DNA of 64,000 nt, from assembly GCF_009914755.1 (NCBI RefSeq), contig NC_060939.1; one strand, given 5' to 3'. Made by a program: the position numbers and the translations under genes. The stretch's first letter is position 1. Each line of letters begins with the position of its first letter. Positions 1 through 12,200 of this stretch are shown here, piece by piece. This stretch comes from the human T2T-CHM13v2.0 reference genome, Homo sapiens. The notes below the pieces were generated by a model that searched no databases, was not told the DNA's origin, and worked only from the letters and a program-made list of their open reading frames with translations.

Positions 1-290
1 GGGTCCCAGACTGTGCTGAAGTTTCATGAGACCTCTCCTCATCTGTGCATGGACACGTGGCTGACTCTGGAGCCCAGGCTGTTGCTTCCCAGTCTGGTAA
101 TGAATCCTCCATAGTCTGGTGCGTGTAAATATACATATATATATTTTCTTTCTGTCCTTCCCATTGCAATTTGCTTATTATATTATTTGCTTATCAAGTC
201 TGTATTGCCATACACTTGGGATAAAGGCTATTTATCCTTAAAACTATTGTGGGTGCCTTTTCTTTTCCCCTCGTTCATTTCCCGCACCGG
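1..290 (+). mobile_element. 3' part of class III ERV LTR (ERVL, LTR66/LTR18-like), runs off window start
   Basis: Colinear with 49365-49887 (+) and the reverse complement of 3746-4020 (actctggagcccaggctgttgcttccc, TA-rich stretch, gataaag..tt..ccttaaa). Exact family name uncertain. Confidence 0.8.
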
Positions 291-860
291 AGCCCAGGTG
301 ATGGAATCTCGAAGTGACCTCACTTCCTTAGTTACAAACTCAAAGAAAGTTTAGAACTCTGGTAACCTGGAGCCCTAATTCTAGAGACAGCTTTGTATTT
401 ACTAAGGAGACTCTGAAGACAGCAAGATGTTCTCCTGCTATGTCTTGAATTTCTGAGGCTCTCATCTCAGGAAGGCTTGAACAGAGAGACTTTTTTTTAT
501 GATGGAGACAGTGCTCATTCTGCACTGCTGGCTCTTCTGGCCATTTGGAAAGGGTTACCCATAGATAACACAAGGCCACCCATGGCAGGCCTATCCAGGC
601 CAGGCCTCACCTTTGATATCATCTCGGCAGGCACACACCCCTCCTCATCTCCACGTCTCGTGGGAAAGAAAGAGATAATGGGTCCTTTCTTGACAGGAGC
701 AGGTTTCCAGGTATTGGGAGGCTAAAAGCCTGTCAAATTTATACCGCAGGTTACAGTTGGCAGGAGGGGAAGGTGAGTGCTGGGGGTCACCTTTGTTTGT
801 TCAGACATTTATTCTAAGGCTTCAAGCTGTCCTCTTGTTTTCTCCCTGGCTGGAGGTCTG
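291..860 (+). repeat. Ancient duplicated block, copy 1
   Basis: Colinear anchors with copy 2 (agataacaca 563/8906; aggccaggcctc 597/8940, same 34-bp spacing) and copy 3 (gaagtgacctca 311/19687; tctggtaacc 358/19734). Confidence 0.75.
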
Positions 861-1695
861 CGCAAATGCTCCTATGTGCCTGATCTGGGGAGTAGACTTT
901 CTAACTGGAATTTCCCCTGTGGGGAAAGCCAGGATGCCATTGATGCCTCTTGGCCAGGCTTCCAGGCACTCTCTTTGCAGAACTCTATTGAGGAGATCCC
1001 TGAGGAGCTGTTTGATGAGTCCAACTACTCCATCTCATTGAACAAAAGGCAGGTGCATCATGCCAACAACCATGGCCCGTGCTAGTCTGGAGTCAAGGTG
1101 GGCACAGAGAGGTCTCCAAATGGAAAAGACCAGGGAAGCCCAGGACCCTGACCCAAATGTGAGGATTCCCCAGAAACCGTTTTAGGGCTTTCTCCATTAA
1201 GGACCCACAGTTCCTTCCCAGAGGAATTTGGCCTCCATTAGTCCATAATGGCAACTTAGGTGCACAGTCCCCGGTCATATGCTTGCAGGAATGTCAAAAG
1301 AAACACTTTTGTGTTATTACTTTACATTAAGTTGTGAGTATCTTTGCATTTTGCTATTATTTTTATTGTTATATCTACCTACCCCACATACTTCCTGGAG
1401 CAGGCAGCTTCGCTGCCTTGCCAGACCTTCTCTAAGTCTTAGAAGTTCACACTGTTACTAGAGAGAGGTTTCACCCAAAAAGTGGGAGTTATGCAAAAGG
1501 GTCTTATATGACTCTTTACATACGTGTCCCAGAGCCCACCTCTATAGCCCCATCAGGACAGGAGCTGTGTCCTCATATGTCTTTATAAGATTCCATAAGT
1601 GGGGCCTTTCCCTCAGTAATTTAGGCTTTTAATACTGGTGGAGCCTGACACAATAAATTCTATTTCCACTTCAGGCATGCTACAGGGAATATCTT

Positions 1696-2018
1696 TTTTT
1701 TTTTTTTTTTTTTTTTTTTGAGACGGAGTCTCGCTCTGTCGCCCAGGTGGGAGTGCAGTGGTGCAGTCTCGGCTCACTGCACTCTGCCTCCTGGGTTCAC
1801 GCCATCTTCCTGCTTCAGCCTCCTGAGTAGCTGGGACTACAGGCGCCTGTCACCACGCCCGGCTAATTTTTTTTCTCTGTGTGTGTGTGGTTTTTTTTTT
1901 AGTAGAGACAGAGTTTCACCGTGTTAGCTAGGATGGTCTCGATCTCCTGACCTCGTGATCCACTCGCCTCGGCCTCCCAAAGTGCTAGGATTACAGGTGT
2001 AAGCCACCGCGCCCAGCC
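1696..2018 (-). mobile_element. AluY with (TG)n in the mid A-rich linker
   Basis: Dimeric Alu with AluY-type gggttcacgccat and gtgttagctaggatggtctcgatc. TSD gctacagggaa(t/c)atctt at 1679-1695 and 2019-2035. Confidence 0.95.
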
Positions 2019-2053
2019 GCTACAGGGAACATCTTATCTGTGTCCTAATAGGC

Positions 2054-2440
2054 TGTAACGCTTTGCTATGACTTCCCTAATACAGTACCACAGGCTGAAG
2101 TTCTTTAACAACAAAAACTGAATGTCGCACAATTCTGGAAGTTAGAAATCCAACCTCAAGCTACTGGCTGTGTGGTTTCTCTGAAGTCTCCATCCTTGGC
2201 TTGTAGATCGTCATCTACTATATCTGTGTTCACAAGATCTTCTCTTGTGCTTTTCTGTCCTTCCTGCCTCTTCTAATAAGGGCTCCAGTCATCTGGAATT
2301 AGGATACACCCCAATTAATTCACTTAAACCTATCTACATTTGCAGAGGCTATATGTTCAAATATAGTCATGTTCTGAGGCACTAGGTGTTAGGACATGAA
2401 CATATAATTTTTAGGAAGGGAATGCAATCTAGCTCACAAC
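2054..2440 (-). mobile_element. MaLR LTR (MLT1B/C-like)
   Basis: acaattctggaagttagaaatccaa, ggcttgtagat and gttctgaggcactaggtgttaggac motifs; ends cacaaca. Confidence 0.75.
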
Positions 2441-3649
2441 ATTTACTAATCCCTTGTAGATTATAGTCTCCCAGGAAAATGATTACTCAGTGAAACAGTA
2501 GGAAAGTGTAAAGGTTTAATAGGAGAAGCCGGAATATATTCCAAAAGGGTTGTGAAAGCCGTACTGTAAATAGTAGTTTCTGAATTTATCTGCTTTTATG
2601 TATCCAGAACCTCTTGGTTGTCAACATTCTTTTAATTTTTTTGTCAATCTGCTATCTATGTGGCAAAAAAACATGTTTCTATTTCAATTTTTCAACTGAT
2701 ATATTTGAGTTACCTTTCAGTTGATTTATACTTATTTGAGTTTTCTGTTCCCTCAGTTAATCCGCTCAATTCCTTGGCCCTGTGAGGGGTTTCTCTCACC
2801 TTGGAGTCCCCAAGCACTGACACCTTTGTCAGGTGTGGGGTTGCTGTAGTTATTTCTCAACACTCCCTTTAAGGTTTTAAAAGACCCAGTTCAGTTGCTT
2901 TAAGTCAAAAGGGTTGTCTTAGGGTATCTTATCCTGTGCCCTGTCTCTAAAACAGAAAGAAAGTGAGCCTTCCCCATGCCCTTCCCCCTAAGTCAGGGAC
3001 AGACATAGAGCCTCAGGTAGCTTAAAGGGAATTTCATGCAACCCCCACCGTGGAAGATTCTCTTTCTTACTTGTGTTTTTCTGAGCAGCCATTTGACATC
3101 ACAAAGCTTTATTTTCTCATTTGTAGGCTGAGTATGTTTTTTTGGGAATTCTCTGGGATAATGCTCTTCATAAAGATTATTAATACAAGTGGGTGCTGTT
3201 GTCTTACAGCTGATATGATATCGTGAAGGCCTTGAATGTATTCATGGATTAATTATTCTCTACCTCCACATTAAATTTGATATCAGAGGCCTAAAACCTT
3301 TTTCACCATAAACACCCATGTCCTCCACATGCCCAAGTCTCTGAAGGATGGAGATTTCCTCATCCAAGCTCCACATTCCAAGCCTCTGGTGTTTCATGGT
3401 CTTGCCATGAAAAGTCTTGTCCCCTCCCCAAGAGGAAATGAGTCTATTCTTAACCTAGAGGTGTGAATGATGCCAATGCGCCAAACCAGGCACAACGGAG
3501 AAGCTGACGAAGTCCCTGACAGCAGCCTTCCAGGGTCAAACTCTCTTCTTTTTATCATTTTTCTCAAGTTTTACCAGGACTTCCTCACCACTCTGTAGTT
3601 CCTGGACCAGCTGTCTAGTAGTTGAGCATATGTCTTCTCCAAGGCACAG

Positions 3650-4410
3650 TGGTGACTCTGCCAGCTACTAACTGTGTCTTAGCATACCAGTGCATCTTTA
3701 TCAGCCTCAATTTGCATCTTTATAGAGAATTGTAAAATGAACCTCTGTTCTGTACGAGAGACATGCAAGGGGAGAAGAAAACACACCCAAAAAAACCTTT
3801 AAGGGTAAACAAGCTTTATCTGACGTAAATGGCAGTGCAGCTATAATAAGCAAATTGCAATGGGAAGGGGAGAAGGGAAACATATATACATATTTACGCC
3901 CACCAGACAGCGGAGGATTCATTACCAGACCGGGAAGCAACAGCCTCGACTCCAGAGTAGGTCACCCATCCCTGCACAGACAAGAAGAGGTCTTAGGAAG
4001 TTTCAGCGTGGCCTAGAGCCCTAGTTCTTTTTGTAATGAGTTGTTTGGCATGAGGCCCAGTCACGAGGGCTCTTCACAACTGGGCTCAAGGAACTGGAAA
4101 AGGTTATCTTGTTTTTGCAATTGTCTGTGGTTTTTCAATAACTAACACATAGGAATAGATTGAAATAGATATTTCTTCAAAACAGTGCCAGATGAATGCT
4201 TCAAGCGGCTCATGCAACCTGTCTGAGACTTAATGACCATTGCTTTTGTCCATGTTCAATTGAATTCAAATTTAATATTTAACTTTCCCCCACAACCTTA
4301 TATGTTTTTTGTGAGAAATGAATGGCATACAATATGAAAAGTGGTTTCCTAATGCTCGGCTTTGTGGAAAGCCTGCTGGGGCATGCTCTGATTGTTCGTA
4401 TTTATTACTT
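3650..4410 (+). mobile_element. MIR remnant split by the LTR at 3746-4294
   Basis: ctctgccagctactaactgtg..agcctcaatttgcatctttata before the LTR and ttgtgagaaatgaatg after it resemble the MIR core. Confidence 0.5.
3746..4294 (-). mobile_element. Solo class III ERV LTR (ERVL, LTR66/LTR18-like)
   Basis: TG...CA termini; 5-bp TSD acctc (3741-3745) / acctt (4295-4299); reverse-complement match to 49091-49887. Confidence 0.88.
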
Positions 4411-4889
4411 TTTTCTCTTCTTTCACCCCAGAAGGTCTTTCATGTCACAGTGACTCATGTCCCTCTATAATTGGACAATCATATAGAAAACAAACATGTT
4501 CTTACATTTGTAAAGGGCACTTGAGCTTCCTGTTAGCTGGACTTTGTCCTTGAAACAGAGAGATCCTGTAGGAAAGAGTCCCCAGGCACACTCAGACATA
4601 GCTAAAAAGGTTGTAGTTAGGGCTTATTTATTCATCACATATATATAACGCAGTTTTCCAGACACTTGGCCTAATTCAGTGAAGACAACAGATGACAGTT
4701 CCTGGGCCACAATTTACTTCAGGGAGTCAGACACTCAGAGTGGACATTATAAGCAGGTCATGATCACAGAATGTGAGAACTGATGTTCTCATGCTCTCCT
4801 CTAGGAATGGATGCACCTGTCAGCTTCTGATCAGAACGACAGACCCAGGATCAAGCATAACATTTAAATAGACGAATAAAACTTTTTTC

Positions 4890-4990
4890 CAAAAAGGAAC
4901 ATCGCTTTATGATAAAAACTCTCAACAAATTAGGTGTAAAGTAAATTCACTTCAAAGCATTAAAGGCCATGTATTACAAATGAATAGCTG
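4890..4990 (+). mobile_element. Short L1 ORF2 fragment
   Basis: atgataaaaactctcaacaaattaggt..taaaggccatgtattacaaa matches the L1 RT-region sequence at 63230-63300. Confidence 0.6.
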
Positions 4991-6059
4991 GGCGGGCAGA
5001 TCTGCCATAAGGCAAGGGCATCCGCTTCCCTAGATACATATCCAGGGGCACAGAGAATGAGCAGTTCCAGGGTTGTGTCTCACATGGGGTCCTCTCCAGG
5101 TCGGTTTCAAGAGGACAGGACTGGGGTTCTGTATCCACTTCTGTGGAGAGCTGGAAGTAAAATGAGCTATGCTCCACCTCAGCCTAATGTAGACAATGGC
5201 TACAGAGAAGACTGTTTTCTTCCTCATAAATAGGGGTGCTCGAAGTGGGTAACCTTGATTGTTTCACATACTCATAAGTGTCTGCCAGCCTTGATTCTTC
5301 ATTGGTGAACTAAGACTCTTTGCTCTGAAACTCTGCAGAAATGCTTCTACTCCCTGGAGGCCCTTCAAATCAGAGAGAGGCATGGCCACTCCAGAGGCAT
5401 TTTGGGTAGATAAAGATGGGATAGAGCTAAACGTGTCAGAACACTGGACCCTGAGTCTGAAGTCATGGGAAAATGCCAGTTCCTGTTGGGTTTTTGAGCT
5501 CCTCATTTGAAAGTCGTATTAAATAATTTCCCTGGATAAGGGGAGGGTGCCTCATGAGTAAATGGCACACTCCAAATGGTGGAGGCAAAGAGAGGGCAAT
5601 GGAGGATTCCAAGGTCACTCAGTGTACTTGGAGCCTTCAGATTCTGCTCCTTTGTCCTCTGGAACTCCAAAGAGTCAGTGTCTTGAGGACACAAAACAAT
5701 GGTACCTGATTTGTTCCATAATGTTCCTGCATGGGGCTGCAGTGTTAGTGATGGCCTGGAGGTGGTTACAGCCTGCTGTGTTTCTGGTGCCTATTGAGCT
5801 TTGCTGGAGCAGCTGGAGCAAGTAAGAGTCACACACCTCATGTTATTATCAACAATTTCCACATTGCCCACTTAGCCAATCTTTTTTCCCTTGCACTCAC
5901 CCTTTGCCAGCTACCCTGGTGGGTCCAACATGTGGCACAGAAAATGATTACATCATGCCTGCATACCCCTCCAAGGACAGAACAGTCTGAAGTCAGCTCG
6001 ACAAAAGCACTAAAGCAAGTATATATAAAAGAAAAGAGCAAGGACTATTATATAAAGTA

Positions 6060-6330
6060 GAATGTTGAGAAGAAGAGCTGCAAAGTCATTGAATGGGGGG
6101 ACCCAAAGTCCTCACTGAGGTGATCTTTAATCCATGATGAGAATGATAACAGGGAGGCATCTCTGCACAAGAATGTGTCAGTGAGAAGCCACCCTTGGTG
6201 AAGAGTCTTACAGGTGTGAGTTTGGCAGAGATTAGAAAGGGACCAATTTGGTACAGACAGCCTGAGGAAGAGATAAGCAGAGGCATGGAGAATCCTGGGG
6301 CTTGGGAGATGAGGCTAGATATCTGCTCCT
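6060..6330 (-). mobile_element. L2 fragment
   Basis: Degenerate purine-rich L2-antisense-like pattern (cctcactgaggtgatcttt..ggtgtgagtttggca). Confidence 0.45.
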
Positions 6331-6789
6331 TTCTGACAACATTGCCCTAAAACTTAGCACCTTTCAATAGTATATAGTATCTCACAATTTGTGTGGACCA
6401 GAATCTGGACACAGTTTAGTTAGCTGCCTCTGCCTTCCGGTCTCTTATGAGATTGGGGCTGTGGTCTCAACTGAATGTGGACCGGAAAAGCATCAACCTT
6501 TAAGCTCATGCTTGTGAAAATTGGCAGGGTTCAGGGTAGACTGAGAGCATGACTTTACTTCTGTCTACTGCCTGAGCACTCCCTCCGTTCTTTGTTATGT
6601 GCGTCTGTACATAGAGCATCTCATAGCATTGGAGCTTGCTTCCTCTGTTTGAGGAATACAATTGAGAGACAGAATTAGGCAAACAGTTTCACACAAAGAG
6701 ACATAAAGAAATGGAAAGACTGAGGAAGCAAATAGGAAAAACCCAGTAGGAGGAATAATGACAGCTTTAAAAAAACTTGAGAGTTACAA

Positions 6790-7107
6790 TAATTTGTATT
6801 AAAATTGTAACCCCCAGTGTAATGCTATAAGGAGATAGGTTGTAATTAACTCCTGAGGTTGAGGCCATCATGATTGAGATTACTGGCTTTATACAGGAAA
6901 CCCCAGAGGGATGTCTGTCTCCTTCTACCAAATGAGAATAAAATTTGATGTGTGCAGTCTGAAATTCAGAAGAGTCATCACCAGAGCTCAACCATGCTGA
7001 TACCCTGATCTCAAATTTCCAACCTCTAGGAGTGTGAGAAATTAAATCCTGTTGTCTATAAGCTGTCTAGTTCATGGTTCTTTGGTATAGCAGCCTGAAC
7101 TAATACA
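6790..7107 (+). mobile_element. MaLR LTR (MLT1A-like) nested in older MLT1
   Basis: accatgctgataccctgatctc..ttccaacctc..gtgagaaa..tatagcagcctgaactaataca, the typical MLT1A 3' end. Confidence 0.75.
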
Positions 7108-7164
7108 AAAGTCATACACTATTCTGTATTCCATTTGACAGAAGCTGAATTTGTGCCTTCAAAC

Positions 7165-7645
7165 TGTTAAAAAAAAAAGACTTAAAAATTGGATATTCAG
7201 AATGAAAGATAAGAAACAGCTTGTTGAAACACTTAAATCTCCTCTGCTTATAAGATTTTAAAAAATTGGCTGAAATATGTTGGAAGCAATATGGCCAACT
7301 GAAGTCCATGGAGAATGAGTTTGCTGATGTTAGAGCCCAAATTTCCGTTGCATGTTTCATATTAACTCTCCCTGAATATTCATGTGACCTGTGAGGAAAC
7401 AAGAGGAGATGACTGTGCATGTCTCATGACTTTCCATATTACTACTTTCCTTCCAGCAATCCCCTCCTAATCCAGAGCCCACTTCTTAAGCATTTTTTAA
7501 TCAACACCTTAAAGCCTATATAAGGAAACTGATTTCAGCTGGACTCCTGTCTCCTGTTGGCCAACCTACAACAAGATGCCATTTTTCTCAAAACCCAAGT
7601 GCCATACTACTGGCATCGAGCAGTAGGTCATTTTGTTCAATAACA
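7165..7645 (+). mobile_element. ERV1 (MER4-group) solo LTR
   Basis: TG...CA termini; same family as 22474-22825 (ctctgcttat, tggctgaaat, atggccaa, 3' caataaca). Confidence 0.65.
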
Positions 7646-7766
7646 AACTGAGTCACTAACCACCTAGTGCTGGGAGACTTTGTGAAGGCTTTCCCCAACT
7701 TAGGTGAGATAAGGCACATGGATATAATTCTATATATAATAAGAAGTCACTAGAAAGTTTAATAGT

Positions 7767-8107
7767 TGTATTAGTCCATTTTTATACCGCAATGATGGAA
7801 TACCTGGGACTGGGTAATTTATAAAGAAAAGAGGTTTAATTGACTCACAGTTCCACAAGATTGGGTGGGGGAGGCTCAGAAACCTTCCAATTATGGTGGC
7901 CAACAAGTGAAGTGAGTGAGAGCAGGGGATACACCAGAAGCTTATGAAACCATCAGATCTCTTGAGAACTCACTCACTATCACAAGAACAGCATAAGAAA
8001 AACCCGTCCCCATAATCCAATCAACTCCCCTCAGGTTTCTCCCTTAACACCTGGAGGTTATAATACAAAATGAGGTTTGGGTGGGGACACACAGCTAAAC
8101 CACATCA
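7767..8107 (-). mobile_element. THE1 (C/D-like) MaLR LTR
   Basis: tgtattagtccattt..gactgggtaatttataaagaaaagaggtttaattgactcacagttcc..tttgggtggggacac..catca. Confidence 0.9.
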
Positions 8108-9200
8108 GTGCCAGAGGATGATATCTACATTTAATTTCAACCTCGTACTGCAGCAGAATGAAACTGAAGCCCAGTGGGGAAGTGACTTTCCCAAGATTAC
8201 ACTGCTGGACCCCAGGCCTACCTGAGTTGTGGCCCATGCTACCTCCCACCTATTCTCCTAATGCTTCCATCTCTAAGTGTGTGCATTATTTACATGTGAA
8301 ACTACACCACGATTTTTACATTTTATCTTATATACATCTGATACATTCCCTAGGAAGTAGATAACATTATCCCCACTGTGCACGCTAGGAGGCTGGGGAA
8401 GCCTCAAATACACAGTGACTTTTATTAGGTCCCAGAGATGGTAAGAAAAACAAGGTTATTTTCCAGCTGTCTCTTATATCCTGGAACCCAGGATGCATTT
8501 AGGTCTTTCCAGGGAATTAAGGGGAAGTTGTGTTTGCATAATTGTGTACAAATAAAGAGTTGACATGGAAGAGGAGACTGAGCAATCAATAGCATAGTGG
8601 GGCCTTTGGGTAGGTCTTATAGAAATAAGGGGCCCAGTAGATGGAACCTTGAAGAGTTTAACACACTTTCCTGGTGACAGAACCCCACAGCAGTTAAGAA
8701 ACCAGGAACCCACATTCTTGAGACAGCTCTGTATCCACCTCTGTTGGTGACAGATGCTCAAGAGAGTGAGATGTCCTTTCATTGTGCCTTGATATTTCTG
8801 AGTTCTAGCCTTACAAAGCCTCAATGTAAAAGCCTTCTCTGATAACACAGATATCAACTCAGCCCTCATTCCTGATACCCCTGGCCATTGGCCAAGTGCA
8901 CCTACAGATAACACAGAGCAGCCCAGGACATGTCCATCGAGGCCAGGCCTCTCTCATCATCTCATCTGGGCAGCCCCACGCCACTTCTTTGTACCATGAG
9001 TTGCAGGATGGACAAAAGAGAGGGCACTCTTCTTGGGCAGAAGCCGATTGTCAGGTGTTGGAACTCTTGTGTGTCTGTTATGTTCATATTCAGGTCAGAG
9101 CTGGCAGAATAAAAATAAGAGAGTTGGGGACTGAGTCTGTATACTCAGATGTGAATAGCAAGACTCTAACCTGATCTCTGGTTTCCTTCCTTGCTGGAGA

Positions 9201-12200
9201 TTTATTTATGTATTTATACTTTAAATTCTGGGATACATGTGCAGAATGTGCAGACTTGTTACATAGTTTTATATTTGCCATGGTGGTTTGCTGCATCTAT
9301 CAAACTGTCAGCTAGGTTTTAAGCCCCACATATATTAGATATTTGTCCTAATGCTCTCCTTCACTTTGCCCCCTGACAAGCCCTGATGTGTGATGTTCCC
9401 CTCCCTGTGTCCATGTGTTTTCATTGTTCAAATTTCACTTATGAGTGAGAACATGTGGTGTTTGGTTTTCCGTTCCTGTTAGTTTGCTGAGAATGATGGC
9501 TTCCAGCTTCCTCCATATCCCTGCAATCTGAGGTCTCTGTTCTGTTCCATCGGTCTATATATCTGTTTTGGTACCAGTGTGACTTCCTCTCTTCCTATTT
9601 GCATACCCTTTATTTCTTTCACTTGCCTGATTACCCTGGCCAGAACTTCCAATACTATCTTGAATAGGAGTGCTGAGGGAGGACATCCTAGTCTTGTGCT
9701 GGTTTTCAAAGGGAATGCTTCCGGCACTTGCCTATTAAGTATGATATTGGCTAGGGGTTTGTCATAAACAGCTCTGATTATTTCGAGACTTTTTCCGTCA
9801 ATACGTAGTTTATTTAGAGGTTTTAACATGAAGCGATATTAAATTTAATCAAAGGCCTTTTGTGCATCTATTGAGAAAATCCTGTGGTTTCTGTCATTGG
9901 TTCTGTTTATGTGATGGATTACATTTATTAATTTGCATACGTTGAACCAGCCTTGAATCCCAGGGATGAAGCTGATGTGATCATGGTGGATAACATTTTC
10001 GATGTGCTGCTGGTTTCAGTTTGCCAGTATTTTATTGAGGATTTTTACATCGATGTTCATCAGGGATATTGGCCTGAAATTTTTGTTGCGGTTGTGTCTT
10101 TGCGAGATTTTGGTATCAGAATGATGCTGACCTCATAAAATGAATTAGGGAGGAGTCCCTCCTTTTCAATTGTTTGGAATAGTTTAAGAAGAAATGTTAC
10201 CAGCTGCTCTTTACGCTTCTGGTAAAATTCGGCTGTGAATCCATCTGGTTCTGAGCGTTTTTTTATTGGTAGGCTATTAATTACTGCCTCAATTTCAGAA
10301 CTTGTTATTGGTCTACTCAGGGGTTCAACTTCTTCCTGGCTTAGTCTTGGGAAAGTGTATGTGTCCAGAAATGTATCCATTTCTTCTATATTTTCTAGTT
10401 TATTTGTGTGGAGATGTCTATAGTATTCTCTCATGGTAGTTTTTATTTCTGTGGAATCAGTGGTGATATCCTGTTTATCATTTTTTAATGTGTCTATTTG
10501 ATTCTTCTCTCTTTTCTTCTTTATTAATCTAGCTAGTGGTCCATCTCTTTTGTTAATCTTTTCAAAAAACCAGCTAGTGGAGTCATTGATTTTGAACAGT
10601 TTTTCTTGTCTCTATCTCCTTCAGTTCTGCTCTGATCTTAGTTGTTTCTTTCCTTCAGCTAGTTTTTGAATTTGTTTCCTCTTGATTCTCTAGTTGTTTT
10701 AATTGTGATGTTAGGGTGTCGATTTCAGATCATTCCAGCTTTCTGTTGTGGGCATTTAGTGCTAGCATATCCCCTCTTAAAACTGCTTTAGCTGTGTCCA
10801 AGAGATTCTGGTACATTGTCTCTTTGTTCTCATTTGTTTCAAAAAAACTTAATTTCTCTCTTAATTTTGTCATTTACTCAGTAGTCGTTCAGGAGCAGGT
10901 TGCTCAATTTCCATGTATTTATGTGGTTTTTGGTGAGTTTCTTAATCCTGAGTTCTGATTTGGTTGCACTGTGGTCTGAGAGACAGTTTGTTATGGTTGC
11001 CATTCTTTTCCATTTGTTGAGGAGTGTTTTGCTTCCAATTATGTGGTCAATTTTAGAATATGTGCTACGTGGCATGGAGAAGAATGTATATTCTGTTCGT
11101 CTGGCATGGAGAGTTCTGTAGTTGTCTATTAGGTCCGCTTAGTCCAGAGCTGATTTCAAACCCTGAATATCCTTGTTAATTTTCTGTCTCATTGATCTGT
11201 CTAATATTGGCAGTGGGGTGTTAAAACTTCCCAGTGTTATTGTGTGGGAGTCTACGTCTCTTTATAGGTCTCTAAGAACTTGTTTTATGAATCTCAGTGC
11301 TCCTCTGTTGGGTAGGTATATATATAGGATAGTTAGCTCTTCTTGTTGCATTGATCCCTTAACCTTTATGTAGTGCCCTTCTTTGTCTTTTTTCATCTTG
11401 GTTTAAAGTCTGTTTTACAAGAAACTAGGATTGAAACCTTGCTTTTTTTTTTGTTGTTGTTGCTTTTTTTGCTTTCCATTTGCCATTTCTCCTTCCCTTT
11501 ATTTTGAGCCTATGTGTGTCTTTGCATGTGAGATGTGTCTCCTGAATACAGCACACCAAAGAGTCTTGACTGTTTAACCAATTTGCCAGGCTCTGTCTCT
11601 TAATTGAGGTATTTAGCCCATTTATATTTATGGTTAATATTGTTGTGTGTGAATTTGATCCTGTTATCATGATGCTAGCTGGTTATTTTGCACATTCGTT
11701 GATGCAGTTTTTTCATAGTATCGATTGGTCTTTATATTTTGGTGTGGTTTTGCAGTGGTGAACCATATTTTCCTTTCCATATTTAGTGTTTCCTTCAGGA
11801 GCTTTTGTAAGGCATGCCTGGTGGTGACATAATCCCTCAGCATTTGCTTGTCTGTGAAGGACTTTATTTCCCCTTTGCTTTTGAAGATTAGTTTGGCTGG
11901 ATATGAAATTCTGAGTTGAAAATTATTTTATTTAAAAATGTTGAATATTGGCCCCCACTCTCTTCTGGCTTGTAGAGTTTCTGCAAAGAGATCTGCTGTT
12001 AGTCTGATGGGCCTCCATTTGTAGGTAACCTGACTTCTCTCTCTGTCTGCCCTTAACATTATTTCCTTCATTTCAACCTTGGAGACTCTGGCGATTATGT
12101 GTCTTGGAGTTGCTCTTCTCGAGGAGCATCTTAGTGATGTTCTCTGTATTTTCTGAATTTGAATGTTGGCCTGTCTTGCTAGGTTGAGGAAGTTCTCCTG

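Larger units (their letters stand above)
6330..9200 (+). repeat. Ancient duplicated block, copy 2 (old MLT1 + L2/MIR + unique sequence, with later LTR insertions)
   Basis: Anchors shared with copy 3: tgagtcactaaccac 7649/18945, atccccactgtgca 8369/19385, tttgcataattgtg 8533/19556. 8630-9200 is also colinear with 291-860. Confidence 0.75.

Noticed and set aside
958-1012. Leucine-rich-repeat-like peptide FQALSLQNSIEEIPEELF
   Set aside because: A single imperfect unit that spans a probable splice acceptor; insufficient to call an LRR gene.
8533-8800. Immunoglobulin V gene suggested by the octamer
   Set aside because: No leader peptide, V-domain Cys/Trp motifs or recombination signal sequence downstream.
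8474-8914. 146-aa minus-strand ORF
   Set aside because: No recognisable domain, and no equivalent ORF in the other two copies of the block.
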